A DNA stretch of 14,060 nucleotides from Planctomycetota bacterium (lineage in GTDB: Bacteria > Planctomycetota > Phycisphaerae > Phycisphaerales > UBA1924). The stretch spans positions 1,839 to 15,898 of the forward strand of contig JAFLCM010000014.1 in the NCBI GenBank assembly GCA_017303565.1, written 5' to 3'. The notes below the pieces were generated by a model. The model worked only from the letters and a program-made list of their open reading frames with translations, was not told the origin of the DNA and searched no databases. Below, one piece after another: positions 1-7,942 of this stretch. A program made the translations under genes and the position numbers. The number at the start of each line of letters is the position of its first letter. The first letter of the stretch is position 1.

Positions 1-36
1 GCCGTCCGAAGCCACCTCGATACGAACAGAATGCGA

Positions 37-1542
37 TCAGTTCCCGCCCATCGCCATCGCGGAAATCGCGATGATCGTCATCACCACCGCCACGATCGTC
101 ACCGCGACCGAGTACCAGAGCAGCCTCTGCACCTTCGGGTCGGAGAACGCCGAGGGCTGGCGTGAGCGGTCCTCGACGATGGTCGTCGGCGCGGACTGGG
201 CCGCCGCCGCCACCTCGGTGAGCGCGGCCACGCTGGCCTCCTTGTGCGCGATCGGCGGCAGTTCGCCCGCCCGCACCGCCTTGAGGTCCACGATCAGGTC
301 CGAGCAACTCTTGTACCGCTGACGACGGCTCTTGGCCATCATCATCTCGATCACTTCGCTGATGCCCGCGCTGAGTTTCGGGTTCACGTGGTCGGGCGGG
401 ACCAGCGGCGCCTTCAGGTGCTTCTGCATCACCTCGGTCGGGTTCTTCCCGTTGAACGGGACGTTCCCCGTCACCATGTGGTACAGCGTCGCGCCCAGCG
501 AGTAGATGTCCGCCTGCGGCCCGATGTTCAGTTCGCCCCGGATCTGCTCGGGCGAGATGTAGTACGGCGTGCCGTACGCCTTGCCCTTCTCCGCCATCGC
601 CGCTTCCTTGTCGTCGATGGCGCGGGCCAGACCCAGGTCGGCGAGCTTCGCCACGCCCTGCGGCGTGAACATGACGTTCTTCGGCTTCACGTCGCGGTGG
701 ATCAGCCCCTTGTCGTGGGCGTGGCGCAGCGCGTCCGCCACCGCGATGATGATGTCCAGCGCCTCGTTCTCGCCGAATCGCTTGCTGTCGGTGATGATGT
801 CGTGGACCGTCTTCCCGTCCACGAACTCCATCACGAAGTAGTGGAACTCACCCGCCTGCCCGACGTCGTAGGCCTGCACGATGTTCGGGTGGTTGAGCTG
901 GGCGGCGGCCCGGCCCTCGGCGTAGAACCGCTCGATGAACTGGCGGTTCCCGCTGAACTTCCGCGGCAGCACCTTGATCGCCACGATGCGGTCGAGGCTC
1001 AACTGCTTGGCCTTGAACACCGCCGCCATCGCTCCCGCGCCCAGCTTGCTGATGACGTGGTACCCGGGGATCTGCTGGCTCGAGCGCTCGGCCTCGGCCT
1101 GCGACCGCAGCCGCGACAGCTGCTTCTCGGTGACGAACTGGCGTTCGATCAGCAGTTCCGCGAGGGACTTGCCGGACGCCGCGCCAGAGGTCCGCGCCCC
1201 GGCGGCCTCGTCCACCTCTTCCTTGGTCGCCAGCCCTTGCTCGACGACCATCTGCCCGAGGATGGTGTCGAGGTTCCCGGGCATCGGGACCTTCGAACCC
1301 GAGAAAGACCCGCCCATCGAGCCGACGCCGCTGCCCGAAGCGGGCGAGTCACCGCCCGAACCGGCCTTGCTGCCCGTCTGGCTCGCGGCCTGACCGGTGA
1401 GGATCTCCAGGGTGTCGGAGGGCTTGGGTCCGGAATCGGACGCCGCCACCGACGCCCCACGCTCGTCGGGCATGGGGAGTTTGGTGCCCTCTCCCGAGTC
1501 GGGTTGTGGCCTTTGGCTGCTGATGGGCGAACCCCGCGACAT
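37..1542 (-). CDS. Tail-anchored Ser/Thr protein kinase (Hanks-type) with an N-terminal T2SSE_N (GspE-N)-like domain and a single C-terminal TM helix
   Basis: The translation carries the Hanks kinase motifs: Gly-loop LGAGAMAAVFKA, VAIK, catalytic HRDVKPKNVMF, DLGLA (DFG variant), and GTPYYISPE (APE). Upstream of the kinase domain is LDTILGQMVVEQGLATKEEVDEA...KSLAELLIERQFVTEKQLSRL, which resembles the type II secretion E N-terminal domain. The C-terminus LLWYSVAVTIVAVVMTIIAISAMAMGGN is a hydrophobic TM anchor, followed by a TGA stop at 37-39. The start is uncertain. The track ORF begins at TTG 1797, but 1543-1797 looks non-coding (mixed composition, Arg-rich junk translation). In-frame ATGs lie at 1542 and 1473, and I chose 1542. 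Confidence 0.8.
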   Translation of the reverse strand: MSRGSPISSQRPQPDSGEGTKLPMPDERGASVAASDSGPKPSDTLEILTGQAASQTGSKAGSGGDSPASGSGVGSMGGSFSGSKVPMPGNLDTILGQMVVEQGLATKEEVDEAAGARTSGAASGKSLAELLIERQFVTEKQLSRLRSQAEAERSSQQIPGYHVISKLGAGAMAAVFKAKQLSLDRIVAIKVLPRKFSGNRQFIERFYAEGRAAAQLNHPNIVQAYDVGQAGEFHYFVMEFVDGKTVHDIITDSKRFGENEALDIIIAVADALRHAHDKGLIHRDVKPKNVMFTPQGVAKLADLGLARAIDDKEAAMAEKGKAYGTPYYISPEQIRGELNIGPQADIYSLGATLYHMVTGNVPFNGKNPTEVMQKHLKAPLVPPDHVNPKLSAGISEVIEMMMAKSRRQRYKSCSDLIVDLKAVRAGELPPIAHKEASVAALTEVAAAAQSAPTTIVEDRSRQPSAFSDPKVQRLLWYSVAVTIVAVVMTIIAISAMAMGGN

Positions 1543-1868
1543 CACCCCGGACGCCTTGGTTCCGTCGTTCTGGACGGGCGAGAACGTATTCGGGGCCCGA
1601 TGGGGTGTCAACGGTCCCGGACGAACATCGTTCGGGGAAAGCGGGTCCGAGGATGAACGATTGTGCCTCAAGTCAGGGCGACCAACGCCGGGGGTACCGA
1701 AACGCACGGTTGCGCCCGTCACGGGGCGCCGAGAGAGGACCGTCCGGCGCCAATCTGTTCGCACCCGGCGTTCGGGTGTTCCCTCCGTCAACCCCAAAGA
1801 GGGACCGAACCGTCGCGGACCGCGGTTTCAGGACCTTCAGGGAAACCACCCGGCCCCGAACCGCCCGC

Positions 1869-3521
1869 TCATCGCTTCGCGGGGGCTGGAGGAGGGTCGG
1901 GGTTGGTAATCCTGGGATTGACCCCGGGCGGGGCAGCGCCCGGAACCATCGCCTCGTCCCGGGCGGTCAGCGAGTCCAGCATCGTGCCCACCAGCGCGGC
2001 CCCCGAGCCGCCCGAGGCCCCGCCCACGAACACCCGCGGCGTGATGTTGATGTTCCGCTCCCCCACCACCTTGAGCAGTTCCAGCATCGCCGCGTTGGTG
2101 GGGCCGATCGCCGTCGCGATCGCGGTGAACGCCTTGGCCTGCGCCTCGGCCCGAATCTCGATGCCTTTGGCCTCGCCCTCGGCCTCGATGAGTTTCTTCT
2201 GCTTGTTCTCCTCCGCGATGGTCACCTCGTACTTCGCGGTGGCGAGGCGTTTCTCCTCCTCGGCCTCCTGCGTGGTGCGGGAGAGGGCCTTGCGCTGCTC
2301 CGCGGTGCGCTGCTGCTCCTGCAGCGTGGTCTGCTCCTCGAGCGCGATGGCGCGGTTGGTCTGGGTCTCCAGCAGCTTACCCAGGCTCTCCTGGTCCCCC
2401 ACGTTGCCGATGCGGACGGCCTGGATCGTCAGCCCGTAGCGCACCATGTCCTTGCGGAGCGCCTCGAGCGCGATCTTCTCCTGGTGGGAGCGCTGCTGCA
2501 CGTACTCCAGCGCCTTGATGCCCTCGGCGGAGTTGCGGAAGATCGCCCGCACCGCGGAGTTCAAGACCCGCTGCAGCCCGTCCTTGTCGTCCCGCACCGT
2601 CGCCACCACCGTCGGTGCGTTCTGCGGCTCGATGAAATACTCGACCCGCACGTCCACCGGGAACGTGAACCCGTCGCTGGAACGCACGTTGATCTCGCGC
2701 TCCTCGGCCTCGGACTCGGACTTCGCGTTCTTGCCCTCGTTGCCCTTGTGCGCGGTGTACTGCACCACCTGCGCCGCCGTGTTGATGACGGTCACCTCGT
2801 ACGCGTCGGTGTTCAGGTAGTACTGGCGGGGATCGAGCTGCTGCCGCCACAGCCCGCGCTGCCCCTGGTCCACCAGCCGCATCGCGACCCCCGAGGCGCC
2901 CGCCACGCCCGGCGGCAGGTCGCCCACGTTCGACTTCACCACCCCCACCGTTGCCGGCGCGATGTTGGTCACCTTCACCGTCTTGACGGTGAACAACTTG
3001 GGGTTCAGGCGGTACACGCCCGGCGTGAGCACGGTCGACTGCGGCCCGCGGAACCCGCCGCCGCCACCCAAGAAGTGCTCCGCGTCGATCATCTTCTCCA
3101 GCGTGCCCGACGCCCACTCGGGGGCGTAGATCTCCCCGGTGGGCAGCGGCTTGCCGTCGTTGGCCTGCAGGATCCCCACCTCGCCCGCCTCGATCCGCGT
3201 CACAGGGAACGTTTCGACCTTGTAAATGAACGGCACGTATCCCCAGTGCCAGCCGGGGGAAAGCACCTTGGCCTGCGGGCCCATCTCGCCGCTGGTCGCG
3301 ATGATCTTGTCGGGCGGCAACGCCTTGCCGAGCGCGGTCTTGACCACCACGCCCAGTTCGGACTCCCCGACGTAGACCACCGGCGTCGAGACCGCGCCGG
3401 CGATGATGATCACCAGCGCGAGAAACGCCGCCGGGCGGCGCACCGCCGCGGGCGCTTTCGTCGCCCCGACGAGCAGCGCCACCGCGAGCACCAGAGCGAA
3501 CAGGAACAGCACCACGCCCAT
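1869..3521 (-). CDS. floT: Flotillin-family SPFH/band-7 membrane protein (FloT/YuaG/YqiK-like)
   Basis: It has an N-terminal TM segment (MGVVLFLFALVLAVALLVGA) and an SPFH domain. It also has a Glu/Ala-rich coiled-coil region (EAEGEAKGIEIRAEAQAKAF...) and a C-terminal segment (LELLKVVGERNINITPRVFVGGASGGSG) that matches the B. subtilis FloT C-terminus pattern. The ATG at 3521 is preceded by GGAGG at about -10 on the minus strand. The upstream in-frame ATG at 3599 is less likely. The stop is TGA at 1869-1871. Confidence 0.85.
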   Translation of the reverse strand: MGVVLFLFALVLAVALLVGATKAPAAVRRPAAFLALVIIIAGAVSTPVVYVGESELGVVVKTALGKALPPDKIIATSGEMGPQAKVLSPGWHWGYVPFIYKVETFPVTRIEAGEVGILQANDGKPLPTGEIYAPEWASGTLEKMIDAEHFLGGGGGFRGPQSTVLTPGVYRLNPKLFTVKTVKVTNIAPATVGVVKSNVGDLPPGVAGASGVAMRLVDQGQRGLWRQQLDPRQYYLNTDAYEVTVINTAAQVVQYTAHKGNEGKNAKSESEAEEREINVRSSDGFTFPVDVRVEYFIEPQNAPTVVATVRDDKDGLQRVLNSAVRAIFRNSAEGIKALEYVQQRSHQEKIALEALRKDMVRYGLTIQAVRIGNVGDQESLGKLLETQTNRAIALEEQTTLQEQQRTAEQRKALSRTTQEAEEEKRLATAKYEVTIAEENKQKKLIEAEGEAKGIEIRAEAQAKAFTAIATAIGPTNAAMLELLKVVGERNINITPRVFVGGASGGSGAALVGTMLDSLTARDEAMVPGAAPPGVNPRITNPDPPPAPAKR

Positions 3522-3626
3522 CGTCGGAACCTCCGGTGAAAGAAGTCGAGTCCCGGGCGGGCCCCGCGGCCGGCACACCCCGCGCCCGTCGAGCGGCATC
3601 GTACCGCAACCCGAGCGAGCCCACCG

Positions 3627-4592
3627 ATGACTATCCTCCTGCCGTTCATGCCCACCTCAAAGGCCCGAGACCCCCATCAGACGCAGATGTCCGAGCTGTC
3701 GGCGCAGCTCGAGGGCTTCCTCAAGGGAACGCCCGACGAGATCGTCTGCGTCGAGCACGAGGGCCCGCTCTCGCACATCCCGCTGTTCGCCCGGCTCGAG
3801 ACCGGCGAGCAGGCCGAACTCCGCGCCCTGATGACGCCCGAGCACGTCCAGCCGCACCAGACCGTCTTCTGGCTCGGCGACAAGGGCGACACCTTCTACC
3901 TTGTCGAGTCCGGCGGCGTCGTCGTCACCGTCCCAAACTCAAAGGGCGAGCACGTCACCATCGCCTCTCTCGGCCCCGGGGGCTTCTTCGGCGAGATCAG
4001 CCTGCTCGACGGCGGCGTCCGCACCGCCACCGTCCGCGCCACCGAGCCGTCCGTCCTGCTCGCGCTCAACCGCCTGACCTTCCAGCGGTTCCTGCTGCAG
4101 CACCCCTCGGCGGCGCTCGACGTGCTCGCCGTCATGGGCCAGCGTCAGCGCACCACCAACGAGGTGCTGCGCCGCACCGCCAACCCCAACGAGGTCTTCG
4201 AGCAGTCGCGGGTCACGCTCTGGCAGCGCGTCAGCGATGTCATCGCCACCGTCGCCGCGAGCCAGTGGTTCACGCTCTTCCACCTCGCCTGGTTCGGCAC
4301 CTGGATCCTGCTCAACGTGATCGGCGCGTTCATGGAGCACCCGCCCAAGGTCTTCGCCTTCGACCCCTTCCCCTTCGGCCTGCTCACCATGGTCGTCAGC
4401 CTGGAAGCGATCTTCCTTTCGATCTTCGTGATGGTCAGCCAGAACCGCCAGAGCGAGAAGGACCGCATGCGGACCGACCTCGACTTCCAGGTGAACGTCA
4501 AGGCCGAGACCGAGATCGTTGCCATCGCCCGCAAACTCGAGGTCATCGAGGCGACGCTCGAGGACATCCGGTCTGAAACCCGGCGCGGATGA
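3627..4592 (+). CDS. Cyclic-nucleotide-binding (CAP/cNMP) domain fused to a C-terminal DUF1003 two-TM membrane domain
   Basis: The N-terminal half has a cNMP-binding fold signature (FGEISLLDGGVRTATVRATEP). The C-terminal half has two hydrophobic helices and the DUF1003-type motif SIFVMVSQNRQSEKDRMRTDLDFQVNVKAETEI. It is divergent from the flotillin gene. The start could alternatively be the ATG at 3687 (MSELSAQ); no strong SD is seen for either. The stop is TGA at 4590-4592. Confidence 0.8.
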   Translation: MTILLPFMPTSKARDPHQTQMSELSAQLEGFLKGTPDEIVCVEHEGPLSHIPLFARLETGEQAELRALMTPEHVQPHQTVFWLGDKGDTFYLVESGGVVVTVPNSKGEHVTIASLGPGGFFGEISLLDGGVRTATVRATEPSVLLALNRLTFQRFLLQHPSAALDVLAVMGQRQRTTNEVLRRTANPNEVFEQSRVTLWQRVSDVIATVAASQWFTLFHLAWFGTWILLNVIGAFMEHPPKVFAFDPFPFGLLTMVVSLEAIFLSIFVMVSQNRQSEKDRMRTDLDFQVNVKAETEIVAIARKLEVIEATLEDIRSETRRG

Positions 4593-4649
4593 TTCCCAAT
4601 CACGCCAGCCAACCGCCAAGTCTGACCCGAAGACCCCGTTCCGCTCTCC

Positions 4650-5078
4650 ATGACGCCCCACGTCAACGACCTCATCCCGATGGCCCACGTCGCCGATGTG
4701 GACCGCTCCATCGCCTTCTACGAGCGGCTCGGCTTCATCGCCCGCCAACGCCTCGCCCCCGGCGGCACGCCCATCTGGGCCATGCTCGAAGCGGGCAAGG
4801 CCCGCCTCATGCTCGCCCGCGCCAGCGGTAAGGTCGACGCCGCCCAGCAGGCCGTCCTGCTCTACTTCTACACCCCGGATGTGCGGACCCTCCGTGAGCA
4901 CCTGCTCGCCTCCGGAACGGCCGACGCCGGCCGGTTCACCGGCGCTCCACTCGAAAACACGAAAAACTCGGGCCTCGAAGTCGTCTTTGACATCAGCCGC
5001 CCGCCCCACATGCCCGCCGGCGAACTCCGAGTCCACGACCCCGACGGGTATGTGCTGCTGGTCGGTCAACTGGCCTGA
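4650..5078 (+). CDS. VOC-family (glyoxalase/bleomycin-resistance/dioxygenase fold) protein
   Basis: This is a 142-aa ORF with the typical VOC N-terminal pattern (HVADVDRSIAFYERLGF) and an ATG start at 4650. It ends 7 nt before the stop of the convergent DCC-HTTM gene. Confidence 0.7.
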   Translation: MTPHVNDLIPMAHVADVDRSIAFYERLGFIARQRLAPGGTPIWAMLEAGKARLMLARASGKVDAAQQAVLLYFYTPDVRTLREHLLASGTADAGRFTGAPLENTKNSGLEVVFDISRPPHMPAGELRVHDPDGYVLLVGQLA

Positions 5079-5085
5079 ATGAGCC

Positions 5086-6822
5086 TCAGCGGTTGAACGG
5101 GAACTCCTGCACCCAGTTGAACCCGCGCGAGGTCAGCAGCGGCTTGAAGTCGTCGATCCGCCGCAGCCGGGCCGCCAGCCGCTTGCCCTCGTAATCCCCG
5201 GCCAGCGTGATCACGCCCGGCTCCGGCGCCGCCGCATCGAGCGTGATGGGCTTGGGCTCCCCACGACGCGTGATCTTCAGGAACGCCGCGATGCTCCCGT
5301 CCTCGCCCGGGAGCGAAAGCACCATCCCCGACCTCCGCGCCGTGCCGTCGGCCTTCTGGATCGCGCCGATGCCGATCGAGTTCAGCCCGACCCGCACCCA
5401 CCGCTGATCGTCCGCCAGCGCCCCGCCCTCCACGCCGTCGAGCGAGAACGACTCCACGCGGTACACCCCGTGCCAGGGCTTGGCCGGCCCCAGCGGCCCG
5501 CCCGGGCCGACCGCGTACGAATAGGACTCCCACGCCGTCCCGATCGTCAGCGCCAGCACCACGACCGCTTTGACAATCCCCCGCGTCCACCGCGCCCACA
5601 CCCTCCGGATCGGGAACGGCCGCAGCACCACCGGCTGGGCCGGCAGGTTCAGCACCAGCACCGCCGCCAGCCGCGCCGCGTGCGGGGCCAGCAAAAAGAT
5701 CGCCGTGAGCAGCAGGTGCGACGAGTACAGCTTCACCGGCACGTCGTACATGAAGTTGAACGCCACCACGTTCGTCATCACGCCCGTCACGACGATCGCG
5801 CCGAGCAGCGTCGTCCGCCGGAACAGCAGCAGCAAGCCCCCGACCAATTCCCCCAGCCCCGCAAACACCTGGTAGGGCGTGCTCGATCCCACGAACAGCC
5901 ACAACAGCCCCATCGGCGACAGGTCACCCACGGTTTCGATGAACCGGTCCGGCCCCGGCGCCGGCATCTGCGTCGGGATCACCTTGGCGAAGCCGTACGA
6001 CAGCATCGTCGCGCCCAACGCGTACCGCAGCCACGTCGTCACCGTGTCGCGCGTCCGCGGCGACACCCCCCGACCCTTCGCCAACAGCGTCCACACCACG
6101 CTCGCCAGCAGCGCCGCCGCCGCGAACACCGCCAGCTCGACGTAGTTGTACAGCGTGTCACCGCTGCCGCCCGGGAAGTTCGTGATCTCCACCCCGAACG
6201 CGGCTTTCCCCACCCACGGCACCACGGCGTACTTCGCGTCCGTCCACAGGTCGGCGACCTTGTTGACATACGGCACGAACTGCAGCGGGAACGGGAAGAA
6301 GTAAAGCACGAAATACGCGATCACCAGCCGAAGCACCCAAGCCCCCACGCCGCCGCCGACCGGCCCCGCGGCCGCGCCCGCAATGATGGGCTCCTGCGCA
6401 TCCCCATCTTCCAGGAACCGCCCGCGGAGTTCCCCCGTCGGCAGCGCGCACACCGTCTGCTTCCCGAACCACAGGTACCGCCGCGCCGCCACGAAGTCGT
6501 ACAAACGGTCCCGCAGCCCCCTCGGCAACACCCCCAGCCCCGCCAGCAGCGCCCACGGGAACCCCAGCAGCCCCACCGCCGCCAACACGGCGTCCGAGCG
6601 CGTCAGCACCTTCCCGTCCCGCACCACCACGATGCTGTCGGGAAGGTCCGGCGGCGCTCCCGCCGCTTCGAGCGCCCGCCGCCCCGCCGCCGACTGCAGC
6701 GAGGCGAAACGCAGCCGGCCCTTCCGGTCCCGCTCCATGAACCAGCGCACCGAGGCGTTGCACAGGTTGCACACGCCGTCGAACAGCACCACGGCACCGG
6801 GTTGGGAATGAGAAGTCTCCAT
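5086..6822 (-). CDS. Fusion protein: N-terminal DCC1-like thiol-disulfide oxidoreductase (DUF393, CxxC) plus HTTM (vitamin K-dependent gamma-carboxylase-like) polytopic membrane domain plus a C-terminal domain of unknown function
   Basis: The N-terminus (VVLFDGVCNLCNASVRWF...RLRFASLQS) carries the DCC-family CxxC motif; its Cys codons are at 6769-6771 and 6760-6762. The central ~300 aa has multiple TM helices with HTTM-like segments (WLRYALGATMLSYGFAKV, VVTGVMTNVVAFNFMYDVPVKLYSSHLLLTAIFLL). The C-terminal ~130 aa is soluble. The ATG at 6822 has a GGAGAA RBS-like sequence upstream; the track start at TTG 6849 is less likely. The stop is TGA at 5086-5088. Confidence 0.8.
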   Translation of the reverse strand: METSHSQPGAVVLFDGVCNLCNASVRWFMERDRKGRLRFASLQSAAGRRALEAAGAPPDLPDSIVVVRDGKVLTRSDAVLAAVGLLGFPWALLAGLGVLPRGLRDRLYDFVAARRYLWFGKQTVCALPTGELRGRFLEDGDAQEPIIAGAAAGPVGGGVGAWVLRLVIAYFVLYFFPFPLQFVPYVNKVADLWTDAKYAVVPWVGKAAFGVEITNFPGGSGDTLYNYVELAVFAAAALLASVVWTLLAKGRGVSPRTRDTVTTWLRYALGATMLSYGFAKVIPTQMPAPGPDRFIETVGDLSPMGLLWLFVGSSTPYQVFAGLGELVGGLLLLFRRTTLLGAIVVTGVMTNVVAFNFMYDVPVKLYSSHLLLTAIFLLAPHAARLAAVLVLNLPAQPVVLRPFPIRRVWARWTRGIVKAVVVLALTIGTAWESYSYAVGPGGPLGPAKPWHGVYRVESFSLDGVEGGALADDQRWVRVGLNSIGIGAIQKADGTARRSGMVLSLPGEDGSIAAFLKITRRGEPKPITLDAAAPEPGVITLAGDYEGKRLAARLRRIDDFKPLLTSRGFNWVQEFPFNR

Positions 6823-6905
6823 GCCAGCCCGATTCTCCGCAGGAAACAACGCCGGTCAACGCCGGAATCGGTCGGCGGGTGTTCCGCCGAGGGACTTCGC
6901 CCGGA

Positions 6906-6990
6906 TTCACCCCCCGCCGGTCGGCCCCCCTGGGGGTCCACCATTCCCCCTCCCCCGACCGGGAGCGCGGGGAAGGGGGTACCATGAGGG
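6906..6990. promoter_or_regulatory. C-tract/G-tract-rich divergent intergenic region between the DCC-HTTM gene and hpf, with G-quadruplex potential
   Basis: C6 runs lie at 6910-6915 and 6925-6930, C5 runs at 6946-6950 and 6952-6956, and G5 at 6932-6936. A plus-strand motif GGGagcgcGGGGaaGGGGGtaccatgaGGG lies at 6961-6990. There is an imperfect inverted repeat ccccctcccc / ggggaaggggg. The 274-bp intergenic region (6823-7096) must house divergent promoters. Confidence 0.4.
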
Positions 6991-7096
6991 TTCTCTCGCC
7001 CGACCCCGATGGAACGGGACACGTTCGGGCCTCACCGATTGTTCCACAGGCCTCGGGGAGCCGCCTCCCCCCGGCCCCCACCGCAGACGAGCCTCC

Positions 7097-7396
7097 ATGC
7101 GAATCCAAGTCACCGGCAAGCACATGGACCTGACGCCCGCGATCCAGCAGTACGCGGAGCAGAAGGCCGGGAAACTCCCCCGCTACTACGACGGCGTGCA
7201 GTCCATCTCCGTCGTGATCGAGCGCCCCAAGGCCGACCACGTCGAGGTCGAGATCCGGGCGGACGTCGAGCACCACGACGACTTCGTCGCGAAGACCAGC
7301 GGCCAGGACGTCTACGAGTGCATCGACCTGTCCGTCGACAAACTGCACCGCCAGCTCTCCGACTTCAAGGAGCGGCTCAAGAACAACAAGCACTAA
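7097..7396 (+). CDS. hpf: Ribosome hibernation promoting factor, short form (HPF/RaiA/YfiA family)
   Basis: The 99-aa product begins MRIQVTGKHMDLTPAIQQYAEQKAGKLPRYYD, which is the characteristic N-terminus of sigma-54 modulation protein / HPF. It has an ATG at 7097 and a TAA stop at 7394-7396. Confidence 0.88.
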   Translation: MRIQVTGKHMDLTPAIQQYAEQKAGKLPRYYDGVQSISVVIERPKADHVEVEIRADVEHHDDFVAKTSGQDVYECIDLSVDKLHRQLSDFKERLKNNKH

Positions 7397-7453
7397 GGGC
7401 TCGACCGCGTCCTGAACCCGCGGCCACGCCGCCGGGCTTTGGAGATTCTCCTC

Positions 7454-7930
7454 ATGAAGATGCGTGAGATCGTGTCCAGCGGCGCGATCGTCCCCAGGCT
7501 CAAGAGCGTCGAACGCGACGAGGTGATCGTCGAACTCGTCGACGCGCTCATCAACTCGGGCACCATCGAGGCCCGCCACCGCAAGACGATGCTCGACGCC
7601 GTCCTCGAGCGCGAACGCAAGGGATCCACCGGCTTCGGCAAGGGCGTCGCCATCCCCCACGTCAAGCTCAGCGGCAGCAAGAAGATGGCCGCCGCTGTCG
7701 GCGTCAGCGAGCGCGGCATCGACTTCAACGCGCTCGACAAGCAGCCCGTCTACTCGGTCTTCCTGCTCGTCAGCCCCGCCAACGACCCCGAGGCCCACCT
7801 GCGGGCCATGGAGATCATCTTCAAAAACCTCAGCCAGGACGCGTTCCGGCGCTTCCTCCGCCAGGCCTCGACCGTCGACGAGGTCCTGTCCCTCATGGAC
7901 GACGCCGACAACGGCACCCTTCCCGCCTGA
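7454..7930 (+). CDS. ptsN: PTS EIIA-Ntr type nitrogen regulatory protein PtsN
   Basis: It has the EIIA(Fru/Ntr) fold with the active-site His motif GVAIPHVKL, and lies immediately downstream of hpf as in the conserved hpf-ptsN arrangement. The ATG at 7454 is preceded by GGAG at 7441-7444 with a 9-nt spacer. The track start at TTG 7439 overlaps that RBS, so it is rejected. Confidence 0.85.
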   Translation: MKMREIVSSGAIVPRLKSVERDEVIVELVDALINSGTIEARHRKTMLDAVLERERKGSTGFGKGVAIPHVKLSGSKKMAAAVGVSERGIDFNALDKQPVYSVFLLVSPANDPEAHLRAMEIIFKNLSQDAFRRFLRQASTVDEVLSLMDDADNGTLPA

Positions 7931-7942
7931 CGCCTACCCCCT

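Noticed and set aside
3599-3599. The upstream in-frame ATG at 3599 as the flotillin start, and the TTG/GTG track starts for the kinase (1797), DCC-HTTM (6849) and ptsN (7439)
   Set aside because: For the flotillin, an RBS-like GGAGG precedes the 3521 start, and the hydrophobic TM segment begins immediately at that Met. The upstream extensions of the kinase, DCC-HTTM and ptsN ORFs are low-complexity and begin with non-ATG codons that the ORF track rendered as M.
5076-5088. A possible bidirectional terminator between the convergent VOC and DCC-HTTM genes
   Set aside because: Only 7 nt separate the two stop codons, with just a 3-bp gag/ctc mini-palindrome. There is not enough room for a real hairpin, so termination signals must lie inside the opposing coding sequences or be Rho-dependent.
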